A stretch of 60,647 nt of DNA, taken from a virus (Duplodnaviria > Caudoviricetes). The stretch's first letter is position 1. Every line of letters begins with the position of its first letter. This document shows positions 14,211-23,842 of the stretch, in pieces. The stretch is taken from the IMG/VR virus record IMGVR_UViG_3300005805_000094, positions 1-60,647 of that record; one strand, 5' to 3'. The notes beneath the pieces are model-generated. The model searched no databases and had not been told where the DNA came from. It saw nothing but the letters and a program-made list of their open reading frames with translations. Both the position numbers and the translations under genes were made by a program.

Positions 14211-14737
14211 AAATAGAAAAACTAAGAATCGGAGACACAGGCCCTGCAGGTGGAATAGTTTTCATCAACCCCACTACGCGCGGCAACACAACTGGTTTGT
14301 GGTTTGAAGCGGGCCCATGTAGGAACCCAGACATTGTGATGACATGGTCTACTCGTTACGACGACTCCGGAACTTCTGCAACAGCAATTGGCTCAGGAGC
14401 AAGCAATACAAAAATCATTGCAGCCATGCCTGGAAATACGAAAGACAACTGCGCAGCCGCGTATTGCGCTAGTTATTCATGGAATGGATTCTCAGACTGG
14501 TTTTTGCCATCAGATGAAGAGTTGGCTCAATTACATCTTCAAAGAGACAAAGTTGGTGGCTTTCCAAGTGACATGACTGGCTACTGGAGTTCTACGCAGG
14601 GTGTCCCGGGTATGGATACCGGCTACAGCAACGCGCATGTGCAAATCATGTCGCCTACTGGTACTACTGGCTACAACGTTGGAAAAGACACATTGCACTC
14701 CGTCCGCGTAGTAAGAGCCTTTTCTCCTTTTAATTAA
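14207..14737 (+). CDS. DUF1566/Lcl-like protein
   Basis: IGDTGPAGG.VF..GFSDWFLPS.EEL..YWSST..VRVVRAF. Confidence 0.7.
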   Translation: MKIEKLRIGDTGPAGGIVFINPTTRGNTTGLWFEAGPCRNPDIVMTWSTRYDDSGTSATAIGSGASNTKIIAAMPGNTKDNCAAAYCASYSWNGFSDWFLPSDEELAQLHLQRDKVGGFPSDMTGYWSSTQGVPGMDTGYSNAHVQIMSPTGTTGYNVGKDTLHSVRVVRAFSPFN

Positions 14738-15003
14738 TGAGGGTCTGGATTGACCAAGACCTGTGTACTGGCGATGGTCTCTGCGCAGAAATAGCATCAG
14801 ATGTGTTTGCTATGCACAATGATGGTTTGGCATATGTAAAAGAAGCAACATGGCCAAACCTATTTGGGCCCGACGGAAAAGGCGACACTCCAAAACTGCA
14901 AATGGGTCAAGGCACAGCATCAATTCCTGATAATCTTTTGGACGATGTTGTTACGGCAGCAGAAGAATGCCCGGGTGAATGTATATTTATTGAAGTTGAA
15001 TAA
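14737..15003 (+). CDS. Ferredoxin (single-cluster actinobacterial type)
   Basis: CTGDGLC and CPGECI motifs. Confidence 0.88.
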   Translation: MRVWIDQDLCTGDGLCAEIASDVFAMHNDGLAYVKEATWPNLFGPDGKGDTPKLQMGQGTASIPDNLLDDVVTAAEECPGECIFIEVE

Positions 15004-15028
15004 CTTTTTGCACTGAGAAAGGATTTTT

Positions 15029-15739
15029 ATGATAGTCGTAGGTACGACTCTTCATGCTTATGTAATGGATAATCCCGACCACTGGAGTTCGTGGATGAAA
15101 AATGCAGAAAAGGTAAAAGAAGAATACGCAAGATTCGGAGACTGGGCCAAAATTCAGTATTTTGCAGCCATACAAGTTGATTCTCGTGGCCTAGAACCTT
15201 TTAAGCCTTTTTTGGACAGGCTCGCCCAAATTGATGGCGGCTTTTGGACATATTCGCTTGATGATGGCAGAACTCAAGTGACAACAAAAAACAGACTTAG
15301 ACACATTGTTGTCGGCCAAAACCTATGTAACGATTTCGCCATGTCGACAAGTGATTGCACTCATATGCTTTTTATGGCCGCTGATTGTATGCCACCAGAT
15401 GACATCATGCCAAGAATGCTGGAGATGAATCACCCACTTTGTGCTCCATATATACGAACTTATAATTTGCGAGGGAAACCAATTGATAAGTATCCGTTTC
15501 CCGTTGAAGAAGCAATGGCTTCTGCGGCGGCGATATTTATGGATAGACGTGTATTTTCCTCAATAAGGTGGCGCTGGGACCTCGATAACAACATGTCAGA
15601 CGACCCCGCTTATCACCACGACGCTCTTCACTATCTTGGGATACCAACTTATGTACGACACGACTGTATCGCCAAGCATTTCCCGGAATCAGTCGGAGCG
15701 ATTGAGACAAGAGGTCACAATATGACGGTACATAGATGA
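15029..15739 (+). CDS. Glycosyltransferase-like (GT-A fold) protein
   Basis: THMLFMAAD DxD-like motif, SDDP, context with epimerase. Confidence 0.55.
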   Translation: MIVVGTTLHAYVMDNPDHWSSWMKNAEKVKEEYARFGDWAKIQYFAAIQVDSRGLEPFKPFLDRLAQIDGGFWTYSLDDGRTQVTTKNRLRHIVVGQNLCNDFAMSTSDCTHMLFMAADCMPPDDIMPRMLEMNHPLCAPYIRTYNLRGKPIDKYPFPVEEAMASAAAIFMDRRVFSSIRWRWDLDNNMSDDPAYHHDALHYLGIPTYVRHDCIAKHFPESVGAIETRGHNMTVHR

Positions 15740-16296
15740 TTAAGCAATTGCGTGAATTTCATAATGATGAAATGTTGGCTCAGATTTACGCAAAACCACA
15801 TGACCACCGAATTTACGGTAGAGGGCATCACGTAAGGGTCGAAGTTACAAAAAATATTGTTCGTGACGCAATTGCCATGACAAGAGCCAGCAGTATTGCA
15901 GACTTAAGTTGCGGAAACGCAGACATAGTTAAATCTATGGGAATTCAAAATATGTTTCTTGGCGACTATGCGCCAACATATGATTTGGTTGGCCCAATCC
16001 ATAAAACGATTATCAATATTCCAAAAGTTGATGTTTATGTTTGCTCAGAGTCCTTAGAGCACGTAGAAGAACCGCTTCAAATTTTAAAACTTATTAGGGA
16101 AAAATCAAAATATTTGGTTCTTTCTACTCCGATAGAAAATTGGGAAGATACCAATAACGAGCATTACTGGTCCTGGGATAGAACCGGAGTTGAACAACTG
16201 CTTAGCCAGTCGGGCTGGAGCCCAAATATATTTTTATATTTAGACACAACGGTTTTTGGTGAGCCGTACAAGTACGGCATTTGGGGATGTAAATGA
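15736..16296 (+). CDS. SAM-dependent methyltransferase
   Basis: DLSCGNA, CSESLEHV, LVLSTP motifs. Confidence 0.75.
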   Translation: MIKQLREFHNDEMLAQIYAKPHDHRIYGRGHHVRVEVTKNIVRDAIAMTRASSIADLSCGNADIVKSMGIQNMFLGDYAPTYDLVGPIHKTIINIPKVDVYVCSESLEHVEEPLQILKLIREKSKYLVLSTPIENWEDTNNEHYWSWDRTGVEQLLSQSGWSPNIFLYLDTTVFGEPYKYGIWGCK

Positions 16297-17165
16297 AAAT
16301 CCTTATTACTGGTGACGCCGGATTTGTTGGTGGGTATTTTAGAAAAGCATTAGATGGTCATGACATTGTTGGTGTAGATATCAAAAACGGCCTTGACGCT
16401 CGTAGGTTTTTTGCCGAAGACCAAACACGTTTTGACCTTGTTGTTCACCTGGCTGCAATTGTTGGCGGGCGAGCAACGATTGAAGGAGCACCGCTTTCGG
16501 TTGCAGTAGACCTTGCAATTGATTCTGAATTGTTTCAATGGGCTCTTAGAACAAAGCCAGGCAGAATTATTTATTACTCTTCTTCTGCTGCCTATCCAAT
16601 TAAATATCAAAAACTTGAAGACAAGATAAGACTCTCTGAGCAACACATAGATTTATCAAACATTAAGTCGCCCGACTATACATACGGATGGGCAAAACTT
16701 ACTGGAGAAATGCTGGCAAGTTATGCCGAAAAAGAAGGCTTGCGAGTTCACATATTTAGGCCATTTTCTGGATATGGCGAAGACCAATCTTTAGATTATC
16801 CATTTCCGTCATTTATTAAACGGGGCGTAGAAAAAGCAGACCCGTTTATTATTTGGGGAACAGGAAATCAGACTCGCGATTTCATGCATATGGAAGATGT
16901 CGTTGAAGCGACACTGGAAGCAGTAAAACAAGATGTTCTTGGTCCAGTTAATCTTGGAGTTGGAAGGGCTACATCGTTTAATCAACTTGCGGAAATAGTT
17001 GCAAAACAGTGCGGGTACTCTCCTTCTTTTGAGCGCAAAATTGGGGCTCCCGAAGGTGTTGAATACAGGGTTTCCAATCCGTCAAAGATGCTTTCTTTTT
17101 ATAAACCAAAAATTAGCCTAGAAGAAGGCATTTCTAGAGCGATTAAATATATGCAGGGTCTTTAA
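16293..17165 (+). CDS. NAD-dependent sugar epimerase/dehydratase
   Basis: TGDAGFVG, SSSAAY, YGWAK (YxxxK), RDF.H..D. Confidence 0.92.
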   Translation: MKILITGDAGFVGGYFRKALDGHDIVGVDIKNGLDARRFFAEDQTRFDLVVHLAAIVGGRATIEGAPLSVAVDLAIDSELFQWALRTKPGRIIYYSSSAAYPIKYQKLEDKIRLSEQHIDLSNIKSPDYTYGWAKLTGEMLASYAEKEGLRVHIFRPFSGYGEDQSLDYPFPSFIKRGVEKADPFIIWGTGNQTRDFMHMEDVVEATLEAVKQDVLGPVNLGVGRATSFNQLAEIVAKQCGYSPSFERKIGAPEGVEYRVSNPSKMLSFYKPKISLEEGISRAIKYMQGL

Positions 17166-17247
17166 CAATTAAACTAAATATATTTACGGTTGCAATGAAG
17201 GCTTGCAATCAATAGACTGAAGTCAACCCAATGGAAGGAAATTTAAA

Positions 17248-18447
17248 ATGTTAAAATTTATACTCTCAATTTTTGTTGCGACAACTTCTTTTGTCTCTCA
17301 GCCATTACAAAACGACAATGGTTGGCGCCCGGCATGGGGGCTGGACAGAATTGACCAACGTGAAGCAGACCTAAACGATACTTACAACTATTCATTAACC
17401 GGCTCTGGAGTAACAGTTTACGTTTTTGACTCTGGAATTAATTCATCTCACAACGAATTCTCGGGAAGAGTAAAACCTGGATTTAGTGTAATCAATGATG
17501 GGTACGACACAGAAGATTGTACTGGTCATGGCACCCACAGTGCAAGTCTTATCGGCGGAAACATTTATGGAGTGGCAAAAAATGTTCAACTAGTTCCAGT
17601 GAGAGTCCTTAATTGTTCTAATAGTAATTCATCCAGCGTTACACTTTTTACTGCAATTGATTGGATTGTTGAGCATCACGAAGATGGAGTTCCAGCAGTT
17701 GTGAATATGAGTGTCGGAATGTCAAAGTCAGTTGCGTTTAACGAAGCCGTGCAAAAACTTATTGCTGATGGTTTAATTGTTGTAGCGGCAGCAGGTAATC
17801 AAAATAGAGACGCATGTTTGTATTCGCCGGCGTCTGAGTTGAGTGTTATTTCTGTTGGAGGAACAGATAGGGCCGAACTTCGAGCATCTTATTCAAATTA
17901 TGGAGCATGCGTAGACATTTTTGCTCCAGGCTCAGACCTCGTTGGCGGCTGGATTGGTGCGCCAGATACATACAGGTCAAGCAGTGGCACATCAAATGCT
18001 GCGCCAATCGTTAGCGGAATAGTTGCACTTATGCTGGAAGATAATCCGTCTTTGGCGCAGTCACAAGTTGAACAAAAATTGAAAGATAACGCAACAAGAG
18101 ATGCAGTATTTAACATTGGATTAAATAGTCCAAATCTTCTCGCTTATTCTTTTTTCGGCACCAACAATTCATTACCGTCAACAACTACTGTCCCGACGTC
18201 AGTTATCGAAACGACAACTACGACCATTGCTCCACAGCCGGTAATTGTAACGACAACAACTCTTGCCCCTCAGCCAGTAAGCACAACGACAACTTTTGTT
18301 CCGTCAAGCCCTACGACAGTTCAAATTGATTTGACTTGTTTTAAGCCAGCCGAAAGAATAAGGTTTTTTAATGTGCCTTATGTTTGTGTGAATACCGGCA
18401 ATCAACTGATGTGGATTCCTCAACGGTATTCCCCAGGACGACCATAA
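17248..18447 (+). CDS. Secreted subtilisin (S8) protease with Thr/Pro-rich linker
   Basis: WGLDRIDQ, DSG, HGTH, GTS.AAP triad; signal peptide. Confidence 0.92.
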   Translation: MLKFILSIFVATTSFVSQPLQNDNGWRPAWGLDRIDQREADLNDTYNYSLTGSGVTVYVFDSGINSSHNEFSGRVKPGFSVINDGYDTEDCTGHGTHSASLIGGNIYGVAKNVQLVPVRVLNCSNSNSSSVTLFTAIDWIVEHHEDGVPAVVNMSVGMSKSVAFNEAVQKLIADGLIVVAAAGNQNRDACLYSPASELSVISVGGTDRAELRASYSNYGACVDIFAPGSDLVGGWIGAPDTYRSSSGTSNAAPIVSGIVALMLEDNPSLAQSQVEQKLKDNATRDAVFNIGLNSPNLLAYSFFGTNNSLPSTTTVPTSVIETTTTTIAPQPVIVTTTTLAPQPVSTTTTFVPSSPTTVQIDLTCFKPAERIRFFNVPYVCVNTGNQLMWIPQRYSPGRP

Positions 18448-20373
18448 CTACTTGACTGGACAGGCCCCAGTGGAGCAGTTATCTAGGTCTAGGTCTGCGT
18501 CAAACGCTTTGCCCTGAAGAGGTATTGAGAAGTCGATTTTTGCAAGCAACTTTTCATATTCTTCTTTACTGACTTCCTCGTATGGAGGAAGCGGGAAGTT
18601 GTGGTCACTATAAAGTAAAAACGACACTGACTTAACACCGTTGTCGTAGTTCTTGGCAAGCCAATCTTTAATTAGCGATAACTCTTCTTTGCGATAGTAA
18701 ACAGTCACGGACACCGCATTATCGGCCCAGATTGTTTGCATTTTTTTAACCCATTCCAATTGCTCTACGGCAGTCATAGACGTTGCGAGTACGGAATCTT
18801 CTGGAGACATGCATGGGAAGTCAACCACGTAGCGCGAATGGTCCTCCCTGCCATCAAGGCCGATATCCCACTGCACCTTGTATCCACGCTTCCTGCAAGC
18901 GTCAACCAACGGGTCAGCCGAACCGAACCGTACTCTGCGCACGTAGTACTGAGCAAAAGCAGGATGGATTCCTGGAGTTACACCAGGGAGTAGAGACAAT
19001 GTTCCCGAAGGCTGAACCGTAGTCAATCGGATTGACGTCGGCCAACCTTTTTCTTTTGAATATTGTTTGTCAAAAGCAGAAAGGTTTTTGTACGCCTCAT
19101 CAAGCCACTCAATTTTTTCGGCTTTGGCTTGCAAAACTCCGGTGATATTTTGGCCCAATCGTGCGTTCTTTCTTACAATGTTGGTTGTTTTTTCATAGGG
19201 GTACGCCAAGCGAGTAATTTGTTTTTGTACTTTGTAAAGAAGAATTGAAATTTCTTTCAATTGCTTTAGGCTTTCAATATTTGGAAGATAGATGGTTGCT
19301 AGGTTGCATGATTCACCATCGGCAAGAGCAATTTCTGCACATGGATTAAACCCTTCAATTGAAGGGTCTGGATTCTTTTCCCCAAGACGACCAACTGAGC
19401 GCGCCAACCTACGATTCAAGAGACCGTACGGTTCGCCAGAGCCGTCATAACCCTTCCAGAGTTCAGGCATAATCTCTTCGTAGGAGTCTGCGTAAATACT
19501 GTTATTGCTATTTGCCCGCCACGCTGGAACAGTGCCGGTTGACCAGTTTTTTGCGCGAAGAAAAAGAACGTCATCGGGGTCGCCCATTGCAATCTGAGCA
19601 GAGCGACGAGAAGAGCCAGATACGACAATCCGACCAATGATGTTGCAGATATCAAGAACATCAATTGAGCGGAGTTTTTTGCCTTCTCGGCCACTCAATA
19701 CTTTGCAGATGTCAGCAATTCCGTCGATTAACGCACCAGGACCAGAAGCAGTTCCACCAAAAGTTTTTAGTGGTGCGCCATACTCGCGGATAAGGATTGT
19801 TGAATATGAAAATGACTTTCCAGTTTCAAAGTAAGACTTCAAAACCGCATGAAGTAGGCGTTTCCAGCCGTGACGTGAGTCTGGGACAATGATGTCAGCG
19901 TCATTACTTCTTTCCTGTGTGACAACAACTCCAGGTTTAACTTTTGGAAGGTCGTGGATTTTTGAACGCTCAACAGAAAAACCCACACCCCCGCCAAGCA
20001 TTAAATATTCAAATAAAAGTTCAAAATCCTCAACTTTTTCAATGTTTGTGAAATAGCAATTATTTAATGATGACCCGTTGAATTTCTGAACGAGCGGCGT
20101 TCCAAGTTGCCAAAGTGCTCGGCCGGAGAATGAGCAGCGCAAATTGAACATGTGGTCGAAGAGTGCTTCTGCTTCCTTCTTTGTGTAGTCAACTCCAATT
20201 TCGTGAGCACCATTAACCACGCGTTGAAGAGTCTCGGTCCAAGTTTCATTTTCACCGTTCTCCTTTTTGCGACTGTATGTGCGAAGAAAAACAATTTCCC
20301 CCATGCCATTGAAACCCCACGGTGCTTTTTTTAGGGAATAGGAATCTACAAAAGATTGGTCGAGGAGTGTCAT
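18448..20373 (-). CDS. nrdJ: Class II (adenosylcobalamin-dependent) ribonucleotide reductase
   Basis: RTYSR, LNNC, NPCAE, TTVQPSGTLS, C-terminal CSTGACP; no beta subunit nearby. Confidence 0.9.
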   Translation of the reverse strand: MTLLDQSFVDSYSLKKAPWGFNGMGEIVFLRTYSRKKENGENETWTETLQRVVNGAHEIGVDYTKKEAEALFDHMFNLRCSFSGRALWQLGTPLVQKFNGSSLNNCYFTNIEKVEDFELLFEYLMLGGGVGFSVERSKIHDLPKVKPGVVVTQERSNDADIIVPDSRHGWKRLLHAVLKSYFETGKSFSYSTILIREYGAPLKTFGGTASGPGALIDGIADICKVLSGREGKKLRSIDVLDICNIIGRIVVSGSSRRSAQIAMGDPDDVLFLRAKNWSTGTVPAWRANSNNSIYADSYEEIMPELWKGYDGSGEPYGLLNRRLARSVGRLGEKNPDPSIEGFNPCAEIALADGESCNLATIYLPNIESLKQLKEISILLYKVQKQITRLAYPYEKTTNIVRKNARLGQNITGVLQAKAEKIEWLDEAYKNLSAFDKQYSKEKGWPTSIRLTTVQPSGTLSLLPGVTPGIHPAFAQYYVRRVRFGSADPLVDACRKRGYKVQWDIGLDGREDHSRYVVDFPCMSPEDSVLATSMTAVEQLEWVKKMQTIWADNAVSVTVYYRKEELSLIKDWLAKNYDNGVKSVSFLLYSDHNFPLPPYEEVSKEEYEKLLAKIDFSIPLQGKAFDADLDLDNCSTGACPVK

Positions 20374-20468
20374 GAAATGCCTTCCATATGTAAGTTGAGT
20401 TGTTTAGATTAGCGTAGACTATTGCAAGAAAATCGTCTAATTTGTGTTTCTGCGACTATGATAACTGT

Positions 20469-20720
20469 ATGAATTTTGACCACACAATTAAAGCAATTTT
20501 AGATTTTAAAGATAAAATTAAATTAAGTGATAATGTTGAAGTTCCTGTAACCCTTCTCGAAATGGCGATTGCGGAGATTAATCAGTGGAAAGAACTTGCT
20601 GACGACTTTGCTTCGTGTATAGTTATTACGCAAGGCGAAATAAAACCACGTATTAGTGTCGATATAGAAAAATTTTTAGAAACTCAACATAATTACAAAA
20701 TCAAATCCGATGGCCTATAG
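20469..20720 (+). CDS. Hypothetical protein
   Basis: ORF at head of rightward operon. Confidence 0.6.
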   Translation: MNFDHTIKAILDFKDKIKLSDNVEVPVTLLEMAIAEINQWKELADDFASCIVITQGEIKPRISVDIEKFLETQHNYKIKSDGL

Positions 20721-21171
20721 AAAAGAATTTGACATTGATAAAAAATCATTTGACTTTGCGTCCGACCTCGCTTTTGGTCATTTGGGCGAAAATTTTATCA
20801 AGCAATTTTATCATTCAGTCATACAGGGTTCAGCCGAAATAAAAACCGACCGTTACAGAAACGGGAGGATGGTGGTTGAAACAAATCAGAACCCACAAAA
20901 CGCTGTCGATGAAAAGGGCGTTCGGATTTGGAAATTGAGCGGCATTAACGTGACCACAGCGCAATGGTGGATTTACATTTACGCCATTGAGCAATCAATG
21001 ATTGTTGTTTCCGTTCAAAGACTGAAAAATTACCTAAGGTCAAATCGCGAAACATTCAACGATAAAACAAAGGTTACATTTGCAAAGAATAGCGACAACC
21101 CAGCAAAAGGTTTTCTTATTGAGCCTGGGCAAGTCATGGATATGATGTATAATGAAAAATACGACCAATAG
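20710..21171 (+). CDS. Putative PD-(D/E)XK-like protein
   Basis: DLAFG..GE, EIKTD, VVE, SGI..T.A.WW pattern. Confidence 0.55.
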   Translation: MAYRKEFDIDKKSFDFASDLAFGHLGENFIKQFYHSVIQGSAEIKTDRYRNGRMVVETNQNPQNAVDEKGVRIWKLSGINVTTAQWWIYIYAIEQSMIVVSVQRLKNYLRSNRETFNDKTKVTFAKNSDNPAKGFLIEPGQVMDMMYNEKYDQ

Positions 21172-21179
21172 GAGAAGCA

Positions 21180-21518
21180 ATGTCTAAAATTGCCGGAATA
21201 AATCTGGGAAACTCTAATGAATCATTTCAAGTTTTTGGCAGCCAACTAGGCGGCAGGGATGGAGCAATTACGGTTCAGCGACCTACAGCAAACATCAAAC
21301 GCGAGCAGGTTGATGAATTTGCTAAGCAATTAAATATATATATTAAAGAAATTTGGGTCAGTATTGAATCTCTTGAGGTGATGAAAGAGATGATGACGAT
21401 GGAAGAAGACACGGATTCAATTATTCTCGACAGGGAATTTGCGAGCGAATATTCAGAAAAAGTCAAAGACCTTAAATTAAAGTTTCAGGACATATTGAAA
21501 GCGGTCAATAGTAAGTGA
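21180..21518 (+). CDS. Hypothetical protein
   Basis: AGGAG SD. Confidence 0.7.
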   Translation: MSKIAGINLGNSNESFQVFGSQLGGRDGAITVQRPTANIKREQVDEFAKQLNIYIKEIWVSIESLEVMKEMMTMEEDTDSIILDREFASEYSEKVKDLKLKFQDILKAVNSK

Positions 21519-21751
21519 CAAAGAAGAATAGGTCTGAGTTTAAATGCGAAGTAAACCTAATCGGAGGCAGTTACGACGGCAAGCAATTCGGCATCGTTTC
21601 CCCTAGCCCCAAATATCTTGTTTTAGGTATGGGGTTGGAGTTGTACGAAAGGCAAAGTCCTGATACAGTTATTGAAGCAACATACAGGCACACGGACAAT
21701 TGGGATGACTATAAAAAGCATCTTGAGGAACAGGCACATAAAAACCAATGA
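21515..21751 (+). CDS. Hypothetical protein
   Basis: GTGA/ATGA coupling; L.GG.YDG motif. Confidence 0.65.
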   Translation: MTKKNRSEFKCEVNLIGGSYDGKQFGIVSPSPKYLVLGMGLELYERQSPDTVIEATYRHTDNWDDYKKHLEEQAHKNQ

Positions 21752-22518
21752 CAAACCCAAAAATTCAGACTCTTAAAGTCAACGGATATCGTCACTACAA
21801 ACACCCAAATATTAATAATTTGTCGGCGCCATCGGTGACATCAATAATTGACATGCTTCCCGCACCATTCCTTAGAACATGGAATAGTAAAATTACAGCA
21901 AATGCGGCCGTAGAAAACATTCAGTATGTCAATGAGTTGATTCTTGCAAACAAACAAGAAAAAGCAAAACTTTGGCTTAAAGCCGCACCAGAGCGAGAAC
22001 TTGCAATTGCGGCGGATATGGGAACCAAGGTTCACGAAGCGATTGAGCAAAGAATTGCTGACCCGTCAGCAGAGTATGACCAAGAACTCCAGCCATACAT
22101 AGAACACTTTGACAAATTCTGTGTTGAGTATGAGCCCGAATGGCTACATGTTGAGAAGTCTGTTTTTTCAATTACGCACTTGTATGCAGGTTCGTTTGAC
22201 GCAATCGCGCGCATCAGAAACAAGGTAACGATTGTCGACTTTAAGACAACCCGTTCAGGGATTAGCGCAAAAGTCGCCCTTCAACTTGCCGCTTATGCAA
22301 GAGCAGACGTAATGTTTGACGGGGACACGGAACTACAAATTCCAGAAATCCAAAGCGGAGCAGCATTGTGGCTGAGGCCCGACAAGTGGGGTTTTTTCCC
22401 GCTTAGAATTGATGATGACATATTTGAAACGTTCTTGGCTTTACGCAGAACCTTTGAATGGGAATCAAGACAATCCAAAACAGCAATGCTGGCATCAACA
22501 AGTTACGGAAGGCAGTAA
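21748..22518 (+). CDS. PD-(D/E)XK exonuclease (RecB/Cas4-like phage family)
   Basis: PSVTSI, GTKVH..IE, YAGSFD, DFKT, QLAAY. Confidence 0.85.
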   Translation: MTNPKIQTLKVNGYRHYKHPNINNLSAPSVTSIIDMLPAPFLRTWNSKITANAAVENIQYVNELILANKQEKAKLWLKAAPERELAIAADMGTKVHEAIEQRIADPSAEYDQELQPYIEHFDKFCVEYEPEWLHVEKSVFSITHLYAGSFDAIARIRNKVTIVDFKTTRSGISAKVALQLAAYARADVMFDGDTELQIPEIQSGAALWLRPDKWGFFPLRIDDDIFETFLALRRTFEWESRQSKTAMLASTSYGRQ

Positions 22519-23054
22519 TGATAGTTACCAAAACCACTCCAAAAACATGGAACGGAGCATCAGAAATTGTTGTTTCGGAAATGATATTAAACGCAAATTC
22601 TTTTATTGAGACTGGGGTAAGTTCAACCCAAGAACGACAAGATTTTATTCTTAAAACTTTTGAAAAACTTATTGATAATGTTTTTAAATCCGAAGTACCT
22701 CAAGACGAACAAAGTCTTGACTCTATGTGGACAGCAATTGCATGGAGTGGACTTATTGGGTACGCAAACGAAACAAAGGTTTCCGTCGAAGAGGCGGGAA
22801 TGCATGTTCTGAGAACCGTTATCGGTAAGCAGCGCATGTATGGACATGGCAACATCTCACGCTTTGGGGTGCCAGGACTCGTAATTCGTCTAAATGACAA
22901 ATTAGAGAGACTGAAAAACATTCAAAAGCACGATGGTCCTGTCTTGTTTGAACCACTCAATGACACATGGCTTGACATTTGCGGATACTCCGTGATTGCA
23001 GTCATGTGGCTAAATGATTGGTTCATGCTCGAACTGGATGCCATTCCGCAATAA
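22518..23054 (+). CDS. DUF1599-like (nucleotide-modification-associated) protein
   Basis: KQ..YG..NI..G..GLVIRLNDKLERL..DTWLD..GY. Confidence 0.65.
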   Translation: MIVTKTTPKTWNGASEIVVSEMILNANSFIETGVSSTQERQDFILKTFEKLIDNVFKSEVPQDEQSLDSMWTAIAWSGLIGYANETKVSVEEAGMHVLRTVIGKQRMYGHGNISRFGVPGLVIRLNDKLERLKNIQKHDGPVLFEPLNDTWLDICGYSVIAVMWLNDWFMLELDAIPQ

Positions 23055-23077
23055 ACATCAGGTACATAGGAGAATAT

Positions 23078-23497
23078 ATGACAGCACAAGTAACGGTGGT
23101 CGGGAATCTCACTGCAGAGCCCGAGATTAAAACCACAAAAACGGGGAGCAGTGTCCTCAAGGTTGGCGTTGCAGTCAATCGGCGTTGGAAGAATAAGCAA
23201 GATGAGTGGGAAGAAGAAGCCTCTTTTTTCGACGTAAATGCTTGGGGTGAATTGGCCGAGAATGTTGCGGCCAGCCTTTCCAAGGGTTCGCGGGTCTTGA
23301 TTTCCGGGCGCCTAGAGCAACAAACTTGGGAAAATAAAGAAGGCCAAAAACAATCCAAAGTTGTTTTGGTAGCCGACGATATTGGCGTGTCTTTACGTAA
23401 GGCGCAAGTTGCCGGCATTAATAAAACCGGTGTGCAGGCGCAACAACAAAAGCAAGCCTCTAAAAACACTAGTGGCTGGGAAGAAGAAGCCTTTTAA
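23078..23497 (+). CDS. ssb: Single-stranded DNA-binding protein
   Basis: VVGNLT.EPE, actinobacterial SSB pattern, acidic EEEAF tail. Confidence 0.95.
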   Translation: MTAQVTVVGNLTAEPEIKTTKTGSSVLKVGVAVNRRWKNKQDEWEEEASFFDVNAWGELAENVAASLSKGSRVLISGRLEQQTWENKEGQKQSKVVLVADDIGVSLRKAQVAGINKTGVQAQQQKQASKNTSGWEEEAF

Positions 23498-23506
23498 CCA
23501 TTCATC

Positions 23507-23567
23507 ACTCCCCAATGGTGGTGCGAACACCTTTATCGGTGTCGGCACTATCATTGGGGTAGTTTTG
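23507..23567 (+). terminator. Intrinsic terminator-like hairpin
   Basis: CCCCAATGGTGGTGC..GCACTATCATTGGGG followed by a T-rich run. Confidence 0.55.
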
Positions 23568-23612
23568 TAAATATGGCCGACTTATCACTCTCTGCGTTGT
23601 AAAGGAATAAAT

Positions 23613-23840
23613 ATGGTTTTAGGAGGAGTTCTTGCCGCCCTACTCGCCGTAATTACTTATTTTATAAGTAAATTTTTGGTGTCAACTCGAAGAGAGAGGG
23701 TTTCTCTTGCGGCATTATCTGCTGGCGGAGCATGCGTAGCAACTTCTGGATTTCTGGTAAATTTAGCCCTTGGCTATTTTGCTGTTGGCGCTCTTTCTGT
23801 TGCGTTCGCAATTTTACTCGGCTATGAGACTGGTGAATAA
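23613..23840 (+). CDS. Small membrane protein
   Basis: Three hydrophobic segments, upstream of portal. Confidence 0.7.
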   Translation: MVLGGVLAALLAVITYFISKFLVSTRRERVSLAALSAGGACVATSGFLVNLALGYFAVGALSVAFAILLGYETGE

Positions 23841-23842
23841 AA

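Noticed and set aside
10121-20373. Intein or intron in terL or nrdJ
   Set aside because: Both are normal length with no splice motifs; the short CPTC insert in TerL is too small
21748-22518. CRISPR-associated Cas4
   Set aside because: No Fe-S cysteines or cas context; ordinary phage exonuclease near ssb
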